DNA of 64,000 bases from Octopus sinensis (taxonomy: Eukaryota): positions 32,736,001-32,800,000 of the forward strand of contig NC_043015.1 of the NCBI RefSeq assembly GCF_006345805.1, in the 5' to 3' direction. The notes beneath the pieces are model-generated. The model did no database searches and was not told the DNA's origin. It worked only from the letters and a program-made list of their open reading frames with translations. A program made the position numbers and the translations under genes. Below, one piece after another: positions 63,125-64,000 of this stretch; the stretch's first letter is position 1; every line of letters begins with the position of its first letter.

Positions 63125-63754
63125 CTTGACGACGACGACGTACTGCTGGTGTGTCATCGGATCTTATTTCGCCGACATCACCGACATCTCACTCCGAGTC
63201 ACATACTTTCCATACTAGCGATAAAATCATGACCACCTTCACCACCGCTACTATCACTACTTTCACCACCACCATCACCACCACCACCAACACCACCACC
63301 ACCACCACCTACTGTCACAAGTGTCAACAACCTCACATTCTTGTGTCACTTTTACGGCAGTTTAACATTTTAATCAGGCAAAAATAAAACCTAACACCAT
63401 TTTAATCATTCCTCTTGGTCAGTTGGGTGTGAAAGAAGTGGACGGAGGTGTCAACGCTGGACAGCAGAAGTAAGCAATTCAATGTAATCCGAACACGGAG
63501 CTCGGGGAAGTTTATACTTGTCAGAAAGCGGAGTTATGTTTAGATAGTAGAAGTGGGTAATGTTTCATTGTTTCAAGTGTCACTACTGTTGTGGTCAGTT
63601 GTTTATTTCTTACTGGACATTGGTGTTTAGCAATAGCCTAGTAGTAGCATGTACAATTTATAATTTTTTTTCTTTCAGCGTACATAAGTTAAAAGTTCAG
63701 AGGTAATATGTGTAAAGTATACATCACGGTCAGTAAAAACGAGTGTCGAAACTG

Positions 63755-63946
63755 CGGCGCAGGCGTAGCTATAGGTCTTGGCGTGGCTGTGCGGTAAGAA
63801 GCTTGCTTCGCAAACCACATGGTACCGGGTTCAGTCCCATCACATTGCACCTTAAACAAGTGTCTTCTATTATAGCCTTATAGCCTCGGGTCAACCAAAG
63901 CCTCGTGAGTGGATTTGATAGACGGAAACTGAAAGAAGCTCGTCTC
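63755..63946 (+). mobile_element. SINE family A 5' half
   Basis: GGCGTGGCTGTGCGGTAAGAAGCTTGCTTC...GGGTTCAGTCCC...GACGGAAACTGAAAGAAG. Confidence 0.88.
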
Positions 63947-64000
63947 ATATATATTATATATATATATATATATAATATATATATATATATACATATATAT

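Overview
AT-rich, microsatellite-saturated eukaryotic DNA with one 100-N scaffold gap (38565-38664). From the repeat families and the extreme simple-repeat density I infer a coleoid cephalopod, most likely Octopus; this is recognition, not a database result. I can support no host protein-coding gene: nearly all listed ORFs are translated microsatellites, so the window is intergenic or inside a large intron. Supported features are many tRNA-headed SINEs (four families, labelled A, B, D and E here), a 5S rRNA pseudogene, three Tc1/mariner transposase relics, several hAT-type MITEs with 8-bp target duplications, and short LINE-like 3' tails next to (AAT)n. The most interesting signal is about nine type I hammerhead ribozyme-like motifs from at least five repeat families. 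Most have tiny self-complementary stem III sequences (ACGT, ACATGT, ACCGGT, ACATGTGT), the form known from Penelope-like elements and metazoan retrozymes that cleave as dimers. Three stand out: a 176-nt tandem dimer with two canonical cores (29014-29357), a canonical-core motif with a GUC site and its own 53-bp antisense arm (41580-41802), and a family carrying U at core position 6 (40331, 59623). Catalytic activity is untested and several copies are clearly decayed. Other oddities are a 151-bp spacer-less palindrome, a four-half-site AGGTCA DR3 array, and a ~466-bp-period duplication that looks like a long-read assembly artefact. Family labels are my own and SINE boundaries are approximate (about 10-20 bp).
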